64,000 nucleotides of DNA from Pseudomonadota bacterium (GTDB lineage: Bacteria > Pseudomonadota > Gammaproteobacteria > Steroidobacterales > SZUA-146): NCBI GenBank assembly GCA_039028935.1, contig JBCCHD010000004.1:49043-113042 (forward strand), written 5' to 3'. The notes under the pieces were generated by a model. That model saw only the letters and a program-made list of their open reading frames with translations. It was not told the origin of the DNA and ran no database searches. Below, piece by piece: positions 37,880 to 47,129 of the stretch (position 1 is the stretch's first letter; each line of letters opens with the position of its first letter). The position numbers and the translations under genes are program-made.

Positions 37880-39271
37880 ATGCGAACGACACTCTGCACG
37901 CTATTGTTGTGTCTGTCCACAGGCTGCGCCAAGGTCCCCGAATTACCGCTGTTGCCGGTAGTCGATACCACGACGCTGCTGCCGGTCGTGGCCTCGCAGC
38001 TTGACGAAGTCAGAGCGCGATTGGAACGACACGATCAGGACGCCAACGTCAATGGCGAATACGGCCTGGTGCTGGCTACTTATGGTCGCGACCAGGAAGC
38101 CCGCGTGGCCTTCGAACGGGCACGATTACTCGCCCCCGACAACGATCGGTGGCCCGCGTTTCAAAGCTTTGTATTGCGCCGGCTAGGGCAGCCGGACGAC
38201 GCCCTCGAGGCGATTGACGCGGCACTCGCGCTCAGCCCCCACCAAGTGGATTATCACGTGCGGCGTGCCCAGCTTTTTTACGACGGTGGACAATTCGATC
38301 AAGCTCGACGTGTTGTCGACCACGTGTTGCACACACAACCCAACTATCCACTTGCCCGCTTCTATCTGGGCCGTTTGTTTATGATCGAGAACGAGTGGGA
38401 GCAGGCGATCACCCAATTCGAGGGATTATTGAAGTCGGGCATTGCGGTGGAAGAAGTGCATTTTAACTTGTCGCAGGCCCATCGCATGACCGGCAACGCC
38501 AAGCAGTCCGCCCATTTTTTAGCACTGGCGCAGCGAGGTGGCGCGCTGAAAATAAATGGATACGATCCCGTGTACATTCAGCTCGCGGGTTATAACGTCG
38601 GCGATCAGCCTCATGTCTTGCGCGCAACCCAGTACTATCGTCGCGGCAAGATTTCCGAAGCAGTCGCCGAGATGGCGATCGCACATGAAAAAAACCCAGA
38701 CAACATTGGCACCCACGTGCATCTGGTGCGAATGTACGGACACAATCGTCAGCTCGATAAGGCGCTCTTTCACTACGAGGCCGCCCGCAGCGTCGATCCG
38801 GAATTTAATCAACTCGACAGCAACTTGGGTTTCGCCTATCGCATAGCGGGAGACGATACAAAAGCCGCCGCCGCCTATCAGCGCGCCATTCGGTTGTCGC
38901 CATCAAGCGCGGATTTGCACACACAATTGGGGTTGGCGCTCGTGGGCGCGGGACAGAGCGAACTGGCCATTGCGCCCCTTAGCCGCTCACTCGAGCTTGC
39001 ACCGGGTAATCGACGCGTGCAAATAGAACTGGGGGAATTACTGCTGGATCATCAGCGCTTTGAAGAAGCAATGACGCTGTTTGATCAAAGTTTAGAACCT
39101 GAAGATCAAATGACCGTAACTGTGTTGCAACGTATCGCGACGGCGCATGAGCAATTGGGTAATCCTGCTGCGGCGCGCGGCGCGCTCAGCAAAGGTCTTG
39201 CAATTGCTGAACAATACGGCAACGACCAACTGGCACAATCGCTGCGCGATAAGATCGGTCAGCTCCAATAA
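37880..39271 (+). CDS. TPR-repeat lipoprotein (paralog B)
   Basis: I chose the ATG at 37880, giving MRTTLCTLLLCLSTGC (lipobox). TPR repeats; full-length paralog of 34348-35820. Confidence 0.8.
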   Translation: MRTTLCTLLLCLSTGCAKVPELPLLPVVDTTTLLPVVASQLDEVRARLERHDQDANVNGEYGLVLATYGRDQEARVAFERARLLAPDNDRWPAFQSFVLRRLGQPDDALEAIDAALALSPHQVDYHVRRAQLFYDGGQFDQARRVVDHVLHTQPNYPLARFYLGRLFMIENEWEQAITQFEGLLKSGIAVEEVHFNLSQAHRMTGNAKQSAHFLALAQRGGALKINGYDPVYIQLAGYNVGDQPHVLRATQYYRRGKISEAVAEMAIAHEKNPDNIGTHVHLVRMYGHNRQLDKALFHYEAARSVDPEFNQLDSNLGFAYRIAGDDTKAAAAYQRAIRLSPSSADLHTQLGLALVGAGQSELAIAPLSRSLELAPGNRRVQIELGELLLDHQRFEEAMTLFDQSLEPEDQMTVTVLQRIATAHEQLGNPAAARGALSKGLAIAEQYGNDQLAQSLRDKIGQLQ

Positions 39272-39377
39272 TCCATCCGCGCGCGTCAACGAACATCGGG
39301 TCGGCTCAGTCGACATCAAACGTCGTTGCTGGGTTGGGCGTTGTGGTGAGCTGTGCGGGTTTGTTGAATACTGTGCC

Positions 39378-40934
39378 TCAAGCAGACGGCTTACTTTTCT
39401 GGCGCGCACAATAATCCTTAAGTGCTTCATCCACCGCTTCATCGATGGGAGGCGGCGTGTAGTCCGCCAGTAGCTGCCGATAAATCGCGTTGGCCTTTTG
39501 AGGCGCGGTCGGCTCGCCGGCTTCTTGCCACGTTTCGAAATTCCGCCAGTCGGAAATGAGTGGCGAATAAAACGCCGACTCGTAGCGTGCCTGAGTGTGC
39601 GGCGTACCGAAAAAGTGACCACCGGGACCGACGTCGGCAATGGCCTCCAGTGCCAACGTCGAATCATCGACATCAAATTGTTCCAGATACGTAGCCACCA
39701 TTTGCAGCAGATCGGCATCGAGCACCATTTTTTCAAACGAGGCACACAGGCCGCCCTCCATCCAGCCGGCACCGTGCATCAGCATGTTGGTCTGCCCCAT
39801 CACCGCACCCCACAGTGCAAACACCGATTCGTACGCCGACTGAGCATCCAATGAGTTGGCCGCGTTCACATTCGATGAGCGATAGGGAAGCCGATAATGC
39901 CTGGCAAGCTGGCCGCCGGCCTGGGCCGCGAGCATGTATTCGGGTGTGCCAAATGCCGGTGAGCCGGACTTCATATCGACATTAGAGGTAAACCCACCGT
40001 AGACCACCGGGGCACCGGGGCGTACCGTCTGAGCAAACGCGATACCGGCCAGCGCTTCGGCATTTTGCTGTGCTAACGCACCGGCCAAGGTGACGGGCGC
40101 CATCGCTCCCGCCAACGTAAAAGGCGTTACCACCACAACCTGATTTCGACGCGCCATTTCGATAATGCCCGTCAGCATCGGTTCGTCGAGCACCAGCGGC
40201 GAGTTAGTGTTGATAATCGTCACTAAGCTCGGCTGTTCATCCAGCGCTTCGTGACTCAGCCCGCGTGCCAAGCGAATCATCTCGAGCGCATCTCGGTTGC
40301 GCGCTTCACCCAGCGAATAGATGGTAAACACCTTGTCACTCAGCGTCGCTAAATCGTAAATGGCATCGAGGTGACGTGTGGCTGGGTCCAGATCGATCGG
40401 CTCGACGGGGTAACCACCAAACAAATGCACAATATTCAGGCTTTGGCCGAGTCGAATAAAATTTTGAAAATCACGCCGATTACCGCTGCGACGACCGCCG
40501 TCGAGATCGGACGCGTTGGGCGCGCTGGCGACAGAGCACACATTGAGGTGGCGACCACCCATGGTGAGATTGTGCGCGGGGTTTCGCGCATGCAGCGTAA
40601 ACGATTCGGGAGCACGACTGATCGCGTCCAGGACAAAGTGGCGATCGAGCTTTACGCGCGGCTCGCCCTGTGACACGTGGACGCCTGCACGAGCGAGAAT
40701 GGCTCGAGCCTCATCTAACAAAAATACCATTCCCTGCTCTTCAAGAATCGTCAAAGAGGCATGGTGTATGGCCTCAAGCTGCTCAGGACGGAGCACCTCG
40801 GCTGGCGGCAGCTGGAGCTTGAGTTGACGCCACGGTGGCTGCGGCAAGCGACCGCTGCGCTCGGCACGACGCGCCTTGCGGCCGGCCTGACGTCGTGCGC
40901 GACGTACGGGATGCTCAGATCGGGACATAGCCAC
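39378..40934 (-). CDS. MttB-superfamily (trimethylamine methyltransferase-like) methyltransferase, non-pyrrolysine type
   Basis: 518 aa with a basic N-terminus (RRARRQAGRKARR), followed by EQLEAIHHASLTILEEQGM and a TIM-barrel-length body typical of MttB homologs. No in-frame TAG. Confidence 0.75.
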   Translation of the reverse strand: MAMSRSEHPVRRARRQAGRKARRAERSGRLPQPPWRQLKLQLPPAEVLRPEQLEAIHHASLTILEEQGMVFLLDEARAILARAGVHVSQGEPRVKLDRHFVLDAISRAPESFTLHARNPAHNLTMGGRHLNVCSVASAPNASDLDGGRRSGNRRDFQNFIRLGQSLNIVHLFGGYPVEPIDLDPATRHLDAIYDLATLSDKVFTIYSLGEARNRDALEMIRLARGLSHEALDEQPSLVTIINTNSPLVLDEPMLTGIIEMARRNQVVVVTPFTLAGAMAPVTLAGALAQQNAEALAGIAFAQTVRPGAPVVYGGFTSNVDMKSGSPAFGTPEYMLAAQAGGQLARHYRLPYRSSNVNAANSLDAQSAYESVFALWGAVMGQTNMLMHGAGWMEGGLCASFEKMVLDADLLQMVATYLEQFDVDDSTLALEAIADVGPGGHFFGTPHTQARYESAFYSPLISDWRNFETWQEAGEPTAPQKANAIYRQLLADYTPPPIDEAVDEALKDYCARQKSKPSA

Positions 40935-41099
40935 TCACCCATTTTCACTGTCTTGAGACTACTTTGACCCCGGAACCCAATGTTGCGCAGGCGCGCCACG
41001 CACATGTTAACGCTAGACCCACCCCAACCATTACTCTGTGCGAGCGCTACCGCCGGCGGGACACCAAGATCGACAGAATCGGCAATGGGAGGAAGACAT

Positions 41100-41127
41100 A
41101 AAAAAAGGGCGGTGCTCAGCACCGCCC
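41100..41127 (-). terminator. Rho-independent terminator 165 nt upstream of the mttB-family start codon
   Basis: On the minus strand, GGGCGGTGC-tgag-GCACCGCCC is followed by T7. It is weaker in the plus orientation (TTTTCC). Confidence 0.75.
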
Positions 41128-41133
41128 TTTTCC

Positions 41134-41560
41134 AGTCAGATGATCGACTTGCCTTGAGAACACGTTCTCAGTGCGGTCGCGTTTTAGACTTCGGCTCACA
41201 GGTCAGGCACATGTCCTGCAGCTGCCTCGAAAGCTAGGCTTTCTTCGGCCTTCGCCTTTGTGTCGCCACGCATGCGAAGCTGTGTCCGGGCAAGGTTACG
41301 TTTCCCTTGCATGCTTCTTTATCGACGCGTTGTCTACGTCCCCCGCCCTCTTCACGCCGGTCGCGAAGTGACGAGTGTCGGTTCAGGGCCGTTTCGACGA
41401 ACCCGCGACCGTAAGGCCGGTGTTCTATCGCGTCGTTAACGACGCGCGGCGTGCGTCCGAACCGTTGGCCACTGCTTGGTTACGTGGCCCGCCCCATTCC
41501 AAGCTGGAGCATTTGGTGTCTGGGTTTGGCGAATGGCCAATTCCTGCACCGTTGAAACTA
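41134..41560 (-). ncRNA. Candidate long structured non-coding RNA or 5' leader (riboswitch-like) preceding the mttB-family gene. Class unknown.
   Basis: About 430 nt, GC-rich, with no credible ORF on either strand. It is bounded by terminators at 41682-41712 and 41100-41127. Multiple hairpins: 41429-41446, 41467-41489, 41291-41309, 41156-41169. The strand is inferred from terminator polarity. Confidence 0.35.
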
Positions 41561-41681
41561 GGTTAATGCAGTTAGCCGGCCTTTGTCATTACAATAACCT
41601 GTATAAATGCTGTGGAAAACTCTGCGGCAGTGCAATCACTCATCAATATCCTACGACGCAAAAATCGCCCACTGCGCAAAT

Positions 41682-41712
41682 AAAAAAGCACAGCCGTATG
41701 AAACGGCTGTGC
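41682..41712 (-). terminator. Rho-independent terminator after the SPFH gene (bidirectional shape)
   Basis: GCACAGCCG-tttcata-CGGCTGTGC is followed by T6 on the minus strand, and by TTTTC on the plus strand. Confidence 0.75.
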
Positions 41713-41761
41713 TTTTCGGTATGCAGCATTTGCGTAGGCGAAACGCTTACTTTGCAAATGA

Positions 41762-42727
41762 CTAGCTACGTGATGGGAAGGGTGGCGTCGGCGGCGTCGC
41801 CACACCACTACCGGGATTACCTTTCGCAATATTCGTAGCCAACGCAATCATGCCAGAGAGATCGCCCAGGTTGGCCGGCACCACTAACGTATTGCCCTCT
41901 TTCGCAAGCTGTCCAAACTGCTCGATATACTGCTGTGCAACCTTCAACTGCATGGCTTCGTTACCGCCGTCGGTCACCAGCGAGCTGGCCACCTCGCGCA
42001 AACCCTGAGCCGTCGCTGTCGCCACCGCCAAAATCGCCTCGGCCTCACCTTCGGCTTCGTTGATCTGCTGCTGCTTTGCCGCTTCCGACTCTTTAATAAC
42101 GCGCTGCTTCTCACCCTCAGCATTGTTGATCTGCGCGTCGCGCTCACCCTCGGAGGTGAGAATCACTGCACGCTTCTCTCGTTCGGCTCGCATTTGCTTT
42201 TCCATCGCGCCCAGTACATCGCGCGGCGGGTTAATATTTTTGATTTCGTAGCGCAATACCTTTACGCCCCAAGGGTCAGATGCCTTGTCCAATTCCTGAA
42301 CCACATTGGCATTGATCGTGCTGCGTTCTTCAAAGGTGCGATCAAGTTCGATCTTACCAATCTCGCTACGCAGCGTGGTTTGCGCGAGCTGCGAAATGGC
42401 GAACTCGTAGTTACCAATCCCATACGACGCGCGACGTGGATCAAGCACCTGTAGATACAGCACACCGTCGACGCCCACCTGAACGTTGTCGCGGGTAATG
42501 CAAATCTGTTCATTGATATCCGCGGCACGTTCCTTCAGCGAATGTTTGTAGGCAATGCTGTCCAGAAAGGGAATCAGAATATGAAACCCAGCGCCCAACG
42601 CACGATTAAATTTACCCAGGCGTTCGACAACGTACGCACTCTGCTGCGGAACGACAACCGTGGATTTGAAGAGTATGACAAGGGCCAGAACGACAAGGCC
42701 GATAACTGCCACTGATAAGCTTTCCAT
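41762..42727 (-). CDS. SPFH/band-7 (stomatin/paraslipin-like) membrane protein
   Basis: N-terminal TM helix. SPFH domain (VPQQSAYVVERLGKF..., TLRSEIGKIELD), then a coiled-coil Ala/Glu-rich region. Confidence 0.85.
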   Translation of the reverse strand: MESLSVAVIGLVVLALVILFKSTVVVPQQSAYVVERLGKFNRALGAGFHILIPFLDSIAYKHSLKERAADINEQICITRDNVQVGVDGVLYLQVLDPRRASYGIGNYEFAISQLAQTTLRSEIGKIELDRTFEERSTINANVVQELDKASDPWGVKVLRYEIKNINPPRDVLGAMEKQMRAEREKRAVILTSEGERDAQINNAEGEKQRVIKESEAAKQQQINEAEGEAEAILAVATATAQGLREVASSLVTDGGNEAMQLKVAQQYIEQFGQLAKEGNTLVVPANLGDLSGMIALATNIAKGNPGSGVATPPTPPFPSRS

Positions 42728-42841
42728 AATGTTCCTCTCTTTAACGTTCCTTAATGATCGAAGGATTGACTTCGCCAGCGCGCCGGCTCAGTCCGTCACT
42801 TCGACGACCGATAGCTGAATTAGGGGCAAGTGCCCAGGAGT

Positions 42842-43282
42842 CTATGCGTCCGTGCCGACGTAGAGCGTCAGACCTTCCGAACGATTAATTTGAACACGGG
42901 CGCCGCGATCGATGGCATTGGCCCCTTCATTGACCACCGTCCATTTGGACCCTCGATAACTCACTCGACCGACTTCTCCGGCTTCGATGGCCGTATCAAG
43001 GGTGAGAAACTCACCAGCCACCCCTTCGCGATAGCCGGGAGAGTTACCGTGGATTTTGGTGTGAAGCGTTTTGCGCAGCGAAAACATGGAGACCAGTGAA
43101 AAAACGGCAAATGCAGCCCACTGAGCGCCGGGGGCTAGATCGAGACCAACCGCACCGAGCAGGCCGACCGCGATGGCAGACAGACCCATAAAGACCAAAT
43201 AAAACTGCGCCTCGATGGCGAAAATCTCCACCGATAGCAGCAATAAGCCCAACGCTACCCAGTACCACCATTCCATAGACAT
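42842..43282 (-). CDS. NfeD-family membrane protein
   Basis: 146 aa with 3-4 TM helices plus a C-terminal OB-fold-like soluble domain (GRVSYRGSKWTV). It is in the classic NfeD-SPFH operon arrangement. Confidence 0.8.
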   Translation of the reverse strand: MSMEWWYWVALGLLLLSVEIFAIEAQFYLVFMGLSAIAVGLLGAVGLDLAPGAQWAAFAVFSLVSMFSLRKTLHTKIHGNSPGYREGVAGEFLTLDTAIEAGEVGRVSYRGSKWTVVNEGANAIDRGARVQINRSEGLTLYVGTDA

Positions 43283-43545
43283 TCTCCGTTGTTGAGGACC
43301 TCTATTATACTAAGTCTCGGTTTTTTAAGCAAAAATTTCGGAAGTCACTGGTAAATAGAGATTTTTTATTCCACCAATCTAGTCATTTTCCTTATATTGC
43401 AGAGCAGCAACATCAGGTCACACCCCCGCCGCGCGTTCCGTCGATGATCAAGCTTCATTTTTACATAATTCGTTCATTATGCGCACCGCGGGCGGGGGGG
43501 CTCGCGAGACTGGGGTGGACGGGCGCCCAGCGGTCGCCTGGGTCG

Positions 43546-45036
43546 TTATCGCATCACGAACGGGTTGGCCATCGGTTCGTCAGACACGTTGATCCACGTG
43601 GTCTTGGTGCGGGTATAGTCGAGCACCGACTCGGCCCCCGCCTCGCGACCGTAGCCAGACTGGTTGTACCCCCCAAACGGTGCCAGAGGGGATATCGCGC
43701 GATAGCTGTTGACCCAGCAGATGCCCGCTTTAAGCCGTTTCGACACGCGATGGGCACGAGCCAGGTTTTGGGTAAACACGCCGGAACCCAGACCATAGAC
43801 ACTGTCGTTGGCCAGCTTGATCGCTTCCTCTTCATCCTCAAAGGTCAGAAGCGACATCACCGGACCAAACATCTCGACTTGCAGCGTTGCTGTTTCAGGC
43901 GTCCGGCACTCGATTAAGGTAGGCGAGAAGTAATGGCCATCATTCAGACCCGGTGGCCGCTCACCCCCAAAATGTACGTGCCCCCCCTGCTGCACAGCCG
44001 TGGCCAGTGTGCGCTCGATTCGCGTTACCTGTTCGGCTGTGCAAAGCGGACCCACATGGGTTCGCTCATCCAACGGATCACCCACAACGATCGACGCTGC
44101 CTTTTCCTGTAATCGCTCGATGAGCGCCGTTTTCACGCTCGCGTGCACCAGCCCGCGGGACGCCGCGACACACGATTGGCCGGAGGCACCAAAGTTGCCG
44201 GCGATGAGTCCGTTAGCCGCACTATCAAGATCCGCATCATCGAATATTAACAGTGGGGATTTACCGCCAAGTTCCAATGTGGTGACCGCGAAGTTGTGCG
44301 CGGAATTGCGTACCACGTGCCGCGCGGTGTCCGGGCCGCCGGTAAACGCGATGCGGTCAACCGCCGGATGCGATGTGAGCGGAATTGCGCAGTGCTCCGC
44401 ATCCCCCGTTACAACGGACACGACACCTGGGGGAAACCCCGCCTCATCGATCAATCGAGCAAACTCAAGCATGGCGCACGGCGCAATTTCCGAGGCTTTC
44501 AGCACAACCGTACACCCCGCGGCCAGCGCCGGTCCGAGTTTCGTGGCCGTTAAAAACATTTGCGCATTCCACGGCACGATGGCCGCCACCACCCCAATCG
44601 GCTCTCGCGTGGTGTAAACATGCATATCGGGTTTATCGATCGGAATTGTCGCGCCTTCGAGCTTGTCGGCCAGACCCGCGAAATACCGGTAGTAGTCGGC
44701 GACGTACGCGGTTTGCGCCATCGTCTCTATCGCCAACTTGCCACTGTCGGTCGTTTCAATTTTGCCCAAGACGGCCGCATTGGCCTCCACGATGTCGGCC
44801 AAGCGATAAAGCAGTTTGCCTCTCGCGGTGGCGGTTAGGGTTGACCATTCTCCTTCCAGCGCCCGTCGCGCACCCAATACAGCCCGGTCGATATCGCTCT
44901 GCGCCGCGCAATCAAAAGACGCCCACCTTTTGCCGTTCGCGGGGTTGGCGCTGTCCATCACCTGCCCGTCCGCTCCGGCAACAAACTCACCATTGATGTA
45001 CAACGAGAAATGACGATTCACACCACCCTCCATCAT
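43546..45036 (-). CDS. NAD(P)-dependent aldehyde dehydrogenase
   Basis: ALDH motifs: VPWNAQ, LELGGKSP, FGASGQSCVAASR (catalytic Cys), and the EEAI region. Confidence 0.85.
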   Translation of the reverse strand: MMEGGVNRHFSLYINGEFVAGADGQVMDSANPANGKRWASFDCAAQSDIDRAVLGARRALEGEWSTLTATARGKLLYRLADIVEANAAVLGKIETTDSGKLAIETMAQTAYVADYYRYFAGLADKLEGATIPIDKPDMHVYTTREPIGVVAAIVPWNAQMFLTATKLGPALAAGCTVVLKASEIAPCAMLEFARLIDEAGFPPGVVSVVTGDAEHCAIPLTSHPAVDRIAFTGGPDTARHVVRNSAHNFAVTTLELGGKSPLLIFDDADLDSAANGLIAGNFGASGQSCVAASRGLVHASVKTALIERLQEKAASIVVGDPLDERTHVGPLCTAEQVTRIERTLATAVQQGGHVHFGGERPPGLNDGHYFSPTLIECRTPETATLQVEMFGPVMSLLTFEDEEEAIKLANDSVYGLGSGVFTQNLARAHRVSKRLKAGICWVNSYRAISPLAPFGGYNQSGYGREAGAESVLDYTRTKTTWINVSDEPMANPFVMR

Positions 45037-45099
45037 GAACTCCTTCTTAAACTCTGACTGTTGATGCGATGAAGCGCCGCAATGGAAGGCACAAATTGG

Positions 45100-46146
45100 T
45101 CAAGCAAACGCTGGCATCACGTCTTCAATGAAACGGTTGAGTGTCGCTTGCTTGCGGGCGGCCGTCATACCATTGTCCAGCCAGAGCGCAAACTCATCAA
45201 ACCCCAGCGACTCATAGCGCCGGATGCGTTCGATCACTTCGTCTTTCGTGCCGATGACCAAATTACGCTGCATTTTGTCGGGCGAATACATATCGATGGC
45301 CTCAATCTCATCGTCCGAAAGACGCTTGATAAAGCCATTACTGACCGGCCGTTCATTACGGAACCACGCACCAAAATGGGCGTAGTAACGACTCAGGCGT
45401 TTGGCGGCATCTTTGGCGTCCGCTTCATCTGTTGCCACGTATGTATGTTGTAACAGCATGATTTGTGGACGCGGAATTTCACTGAACTTCGCGCAGGATG
45501 CATTAAATGTGTCCACTAGCTGATTGATTTCCTCTTCGCCCTGCCAAAGCGGCGTCACCTGCACATTGCAGCCTTCGCAAATCGCAAACTCGTGGCTGTT
45601 GGGGTCGCGCGCGGCAATCCACAGCGGCGGTCCATCAGGCTGCCGAGGACGCGGTGAGATCGACGACTTAGGGAACGAGTAAAACTGTCCATCGTGGGCA
45701 TAATCGCCAGCCCAAAGTTTGCGTAGTGTGGGCACAATCTCGCGCATGCGACCGCCGGCTTCCCACGCATCCATGCCAGGCATGAGTCGCTCGTACTCGT
45801 AACTGTACGCACCTCGAGCAATACCCAGCTCCAGCCGACCATCCGACACCACGTCGGTCATCGCGGCCTCGCCCGCCAGCTTAATGGGATGCCAAAACGG
45901 CGCGATCACCGTACCTGTGCCGAGGCGCACATTACGCGTGCGACGCGCCAGATCGGTAAGACTGATGAACGGATTGGGCGCAATCGTGAAATCCATTCCA
46001 TGGTGTTCACCAGTCCAGATCGCATGAAAACCGCCTGCATCGGCGATCTCGCACAACGCGATAAACTCATCATACAGTTGGGCATGGGGTGGCATCGACT
46101 CGTCATCGGTCAGCCGCTCCATGTGTGCAAACAGGGAAAATCTCAT
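45100..46146 (-). CDS. Luciferase-like (LLM class) flavin-dependent monooxygenase
   Basis: 348 aa with a TIM-barrel LLM pattern (MRFSLFAHME..., HAIWTGEHH, RLELGIARG). Confidence 0.75.
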   Translation of the reverse strand: MRFSLFAHMERLTDDESMPPHAQLYDEFIALCEIADAGGFHAIWTGEHHGMDFTIAPNPFISLTDLARRTRNVRLGTGTVIAPFWHPIKLAGEAAMTDVVSDGRLELGIARGAYSYEYERLMPGMDAWEAGGRMREIVPTLRKLWAGDYAHDGQFYSFPKSSISPRPRQPDGPPLWIAARDPNSHEFAICEGCNVQVTPLWQGEEEINQLVDTFNASCAKFSEIPRPQIMLLQHTYVATDEADAKDAAKRLSRYYAHFGAWFRNERPVSNGFIKRLSDDEIEAIDMYSPDKMQRNLVIGTKDEVIERIRRYESLGFDEFALWLDNGMTAARKQATLNRFIEDVMPAFA

Positions 46147-47096
46147 AGGCCTTCTCCTCCATTGGCGTTGCCAACATTGACCGCGTGCACATCGCCCTCT
46201 ATTTCATCGCCAACATAAAGTCGAAACACGCCGTGCTGACGCTCAAGACGCCAGCGTTTCATCATGTCGCCAATGGCTGGTGTCGAAAACGTTACGTCGT
46301 CGAGGTTGTCGATAGCAATATACTCACCCGCACCGCTCGTGCTGGATTGCGCCATGCCGCGGTAGAAAGTGAAGTACTCACCCGTGCGGTTTTCAAATAC
46401 GGAATACACGGGACCAAACTTCACGTCGATTTCGGCCGCCCTGAGATGATCGCGCAGAAGGACGAGTGAGCCGGCCCTGTGCTGCACCTCGAGTGAGGGT
46501 GGCTGCAAACCCGACTCGGTGCGCATCAATAGCACTTTGCCGTCGTGTTCAATGATTGCGCCCACATGCCAAGCACGCGAGGCGCGCGGCATCTCGGCGG
46601 CCAAGCGCTCCAGCCCGAGACTGAAGTACCCGCCGTTGGCGTACCCCAGTCCTGGGCGATCATGTACCTCAAAGGCGCGCACACGGCCAAGCAAGAGCTG
46701 GTGATCGCCAGCCGGCATGCGCTCATGCACCGAGCAGGAAAAGGACGCGGAAACGCCCGCAAACAGAGGACTCCCGTAGGCATCGTGATGCCATGCCACC
46801 TGACCAAAACGATCTTCAATGGGACGCGCGAATACGTTCGACACGTCTTCTTGATTTTCGGCGAGAATGTTAACGGCAAAATGGTCGCATTGAAGAAACG
46901 CATCGAGACTGGTCAACGCGTTCGATGGGCAAACCAGCACCAGCGGTGGTTCGAGCGACACCGAGGTGAACGAGTTTGCCGTGAACCCCACCGGCAGTCC
47001 TTCGGGCGTATAGGTCGTCACCACCGTAACACCCGTCATGAACGTTCCGAACGCCTTTCGCAATTCAAGTTGTGCATCAACCGACATGGCGTTCAT
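46143..47096 (-). CDS. Flavin reductase domain protein with an extra ~150-aa C-terminal domain
   Basis: The N-terminal ~165 aa is an HpaC/flavin-reductase-like split barrel (FMTGVTVVTT, FTANSFTSVSLEPPLVLVC). The C-terminal half is unassigned. The stop overlaps the start of the LLM gene (4-nt overlap). Confidence 0.7.
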   Translation of the reverse strand: MNAMSVDAQLELRKAFGTFMTGVTVVTTYTPEGLPVGFTANSFTSVSLEPPLVLVCPSNALTSLDAFLQCDHFAVNILAENQEDVSNVFARPIEDRFGQVAWHHDAYGSPLFAGVSASFSCSVHERMPAGDHQLLLGRVRAFEVHDRPGLGYANGGYFSLGLERLAAEMPRASRAWHVGAIIEHDGKVLLMRTESGLQPPSLEVQHRAGSLVLLRDHLRAAEIDVKFGPVYSVFENRTGEYFTFYRGMAQSSTSGAGEYIAIDNLDDVTFSTPAIGDMMKRWRLERQHGVFRLYVGDEIEGDVHAVNVGNANGGEGL

Positions 47097-47129
47097 CCAT
47101 AGAGAAGTTCACCGACGCCGCCCAATCTA

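Noticed and set aside
39092-39772. 226-aa minus-strand ORF spanning the end of the TPR gene and the 3' part of mttB, plus similar ORFs at 44000-44996, 46545-47102 and 49069-49698
   Set aside because: They are out-of-frame or antisense shadows of well-supported genes, with Arg/Trp-rich implausible composition.
41134-41560. tmRNA or RNase P RNA identity for the structured region
   Set aside because: It has superficial similarities (GCGGGTTCG, GGGCCGTTTCGACG). However, it has no tRNA-like acceptor/T-arm with 3' CCA context and no plausible tag ORF ending in hydrophobic residues plus a stop. It also lacks the universally conserved RNase P GGAAAGUCCGG / ACAGAACCCGGCUUA elements on either strand.
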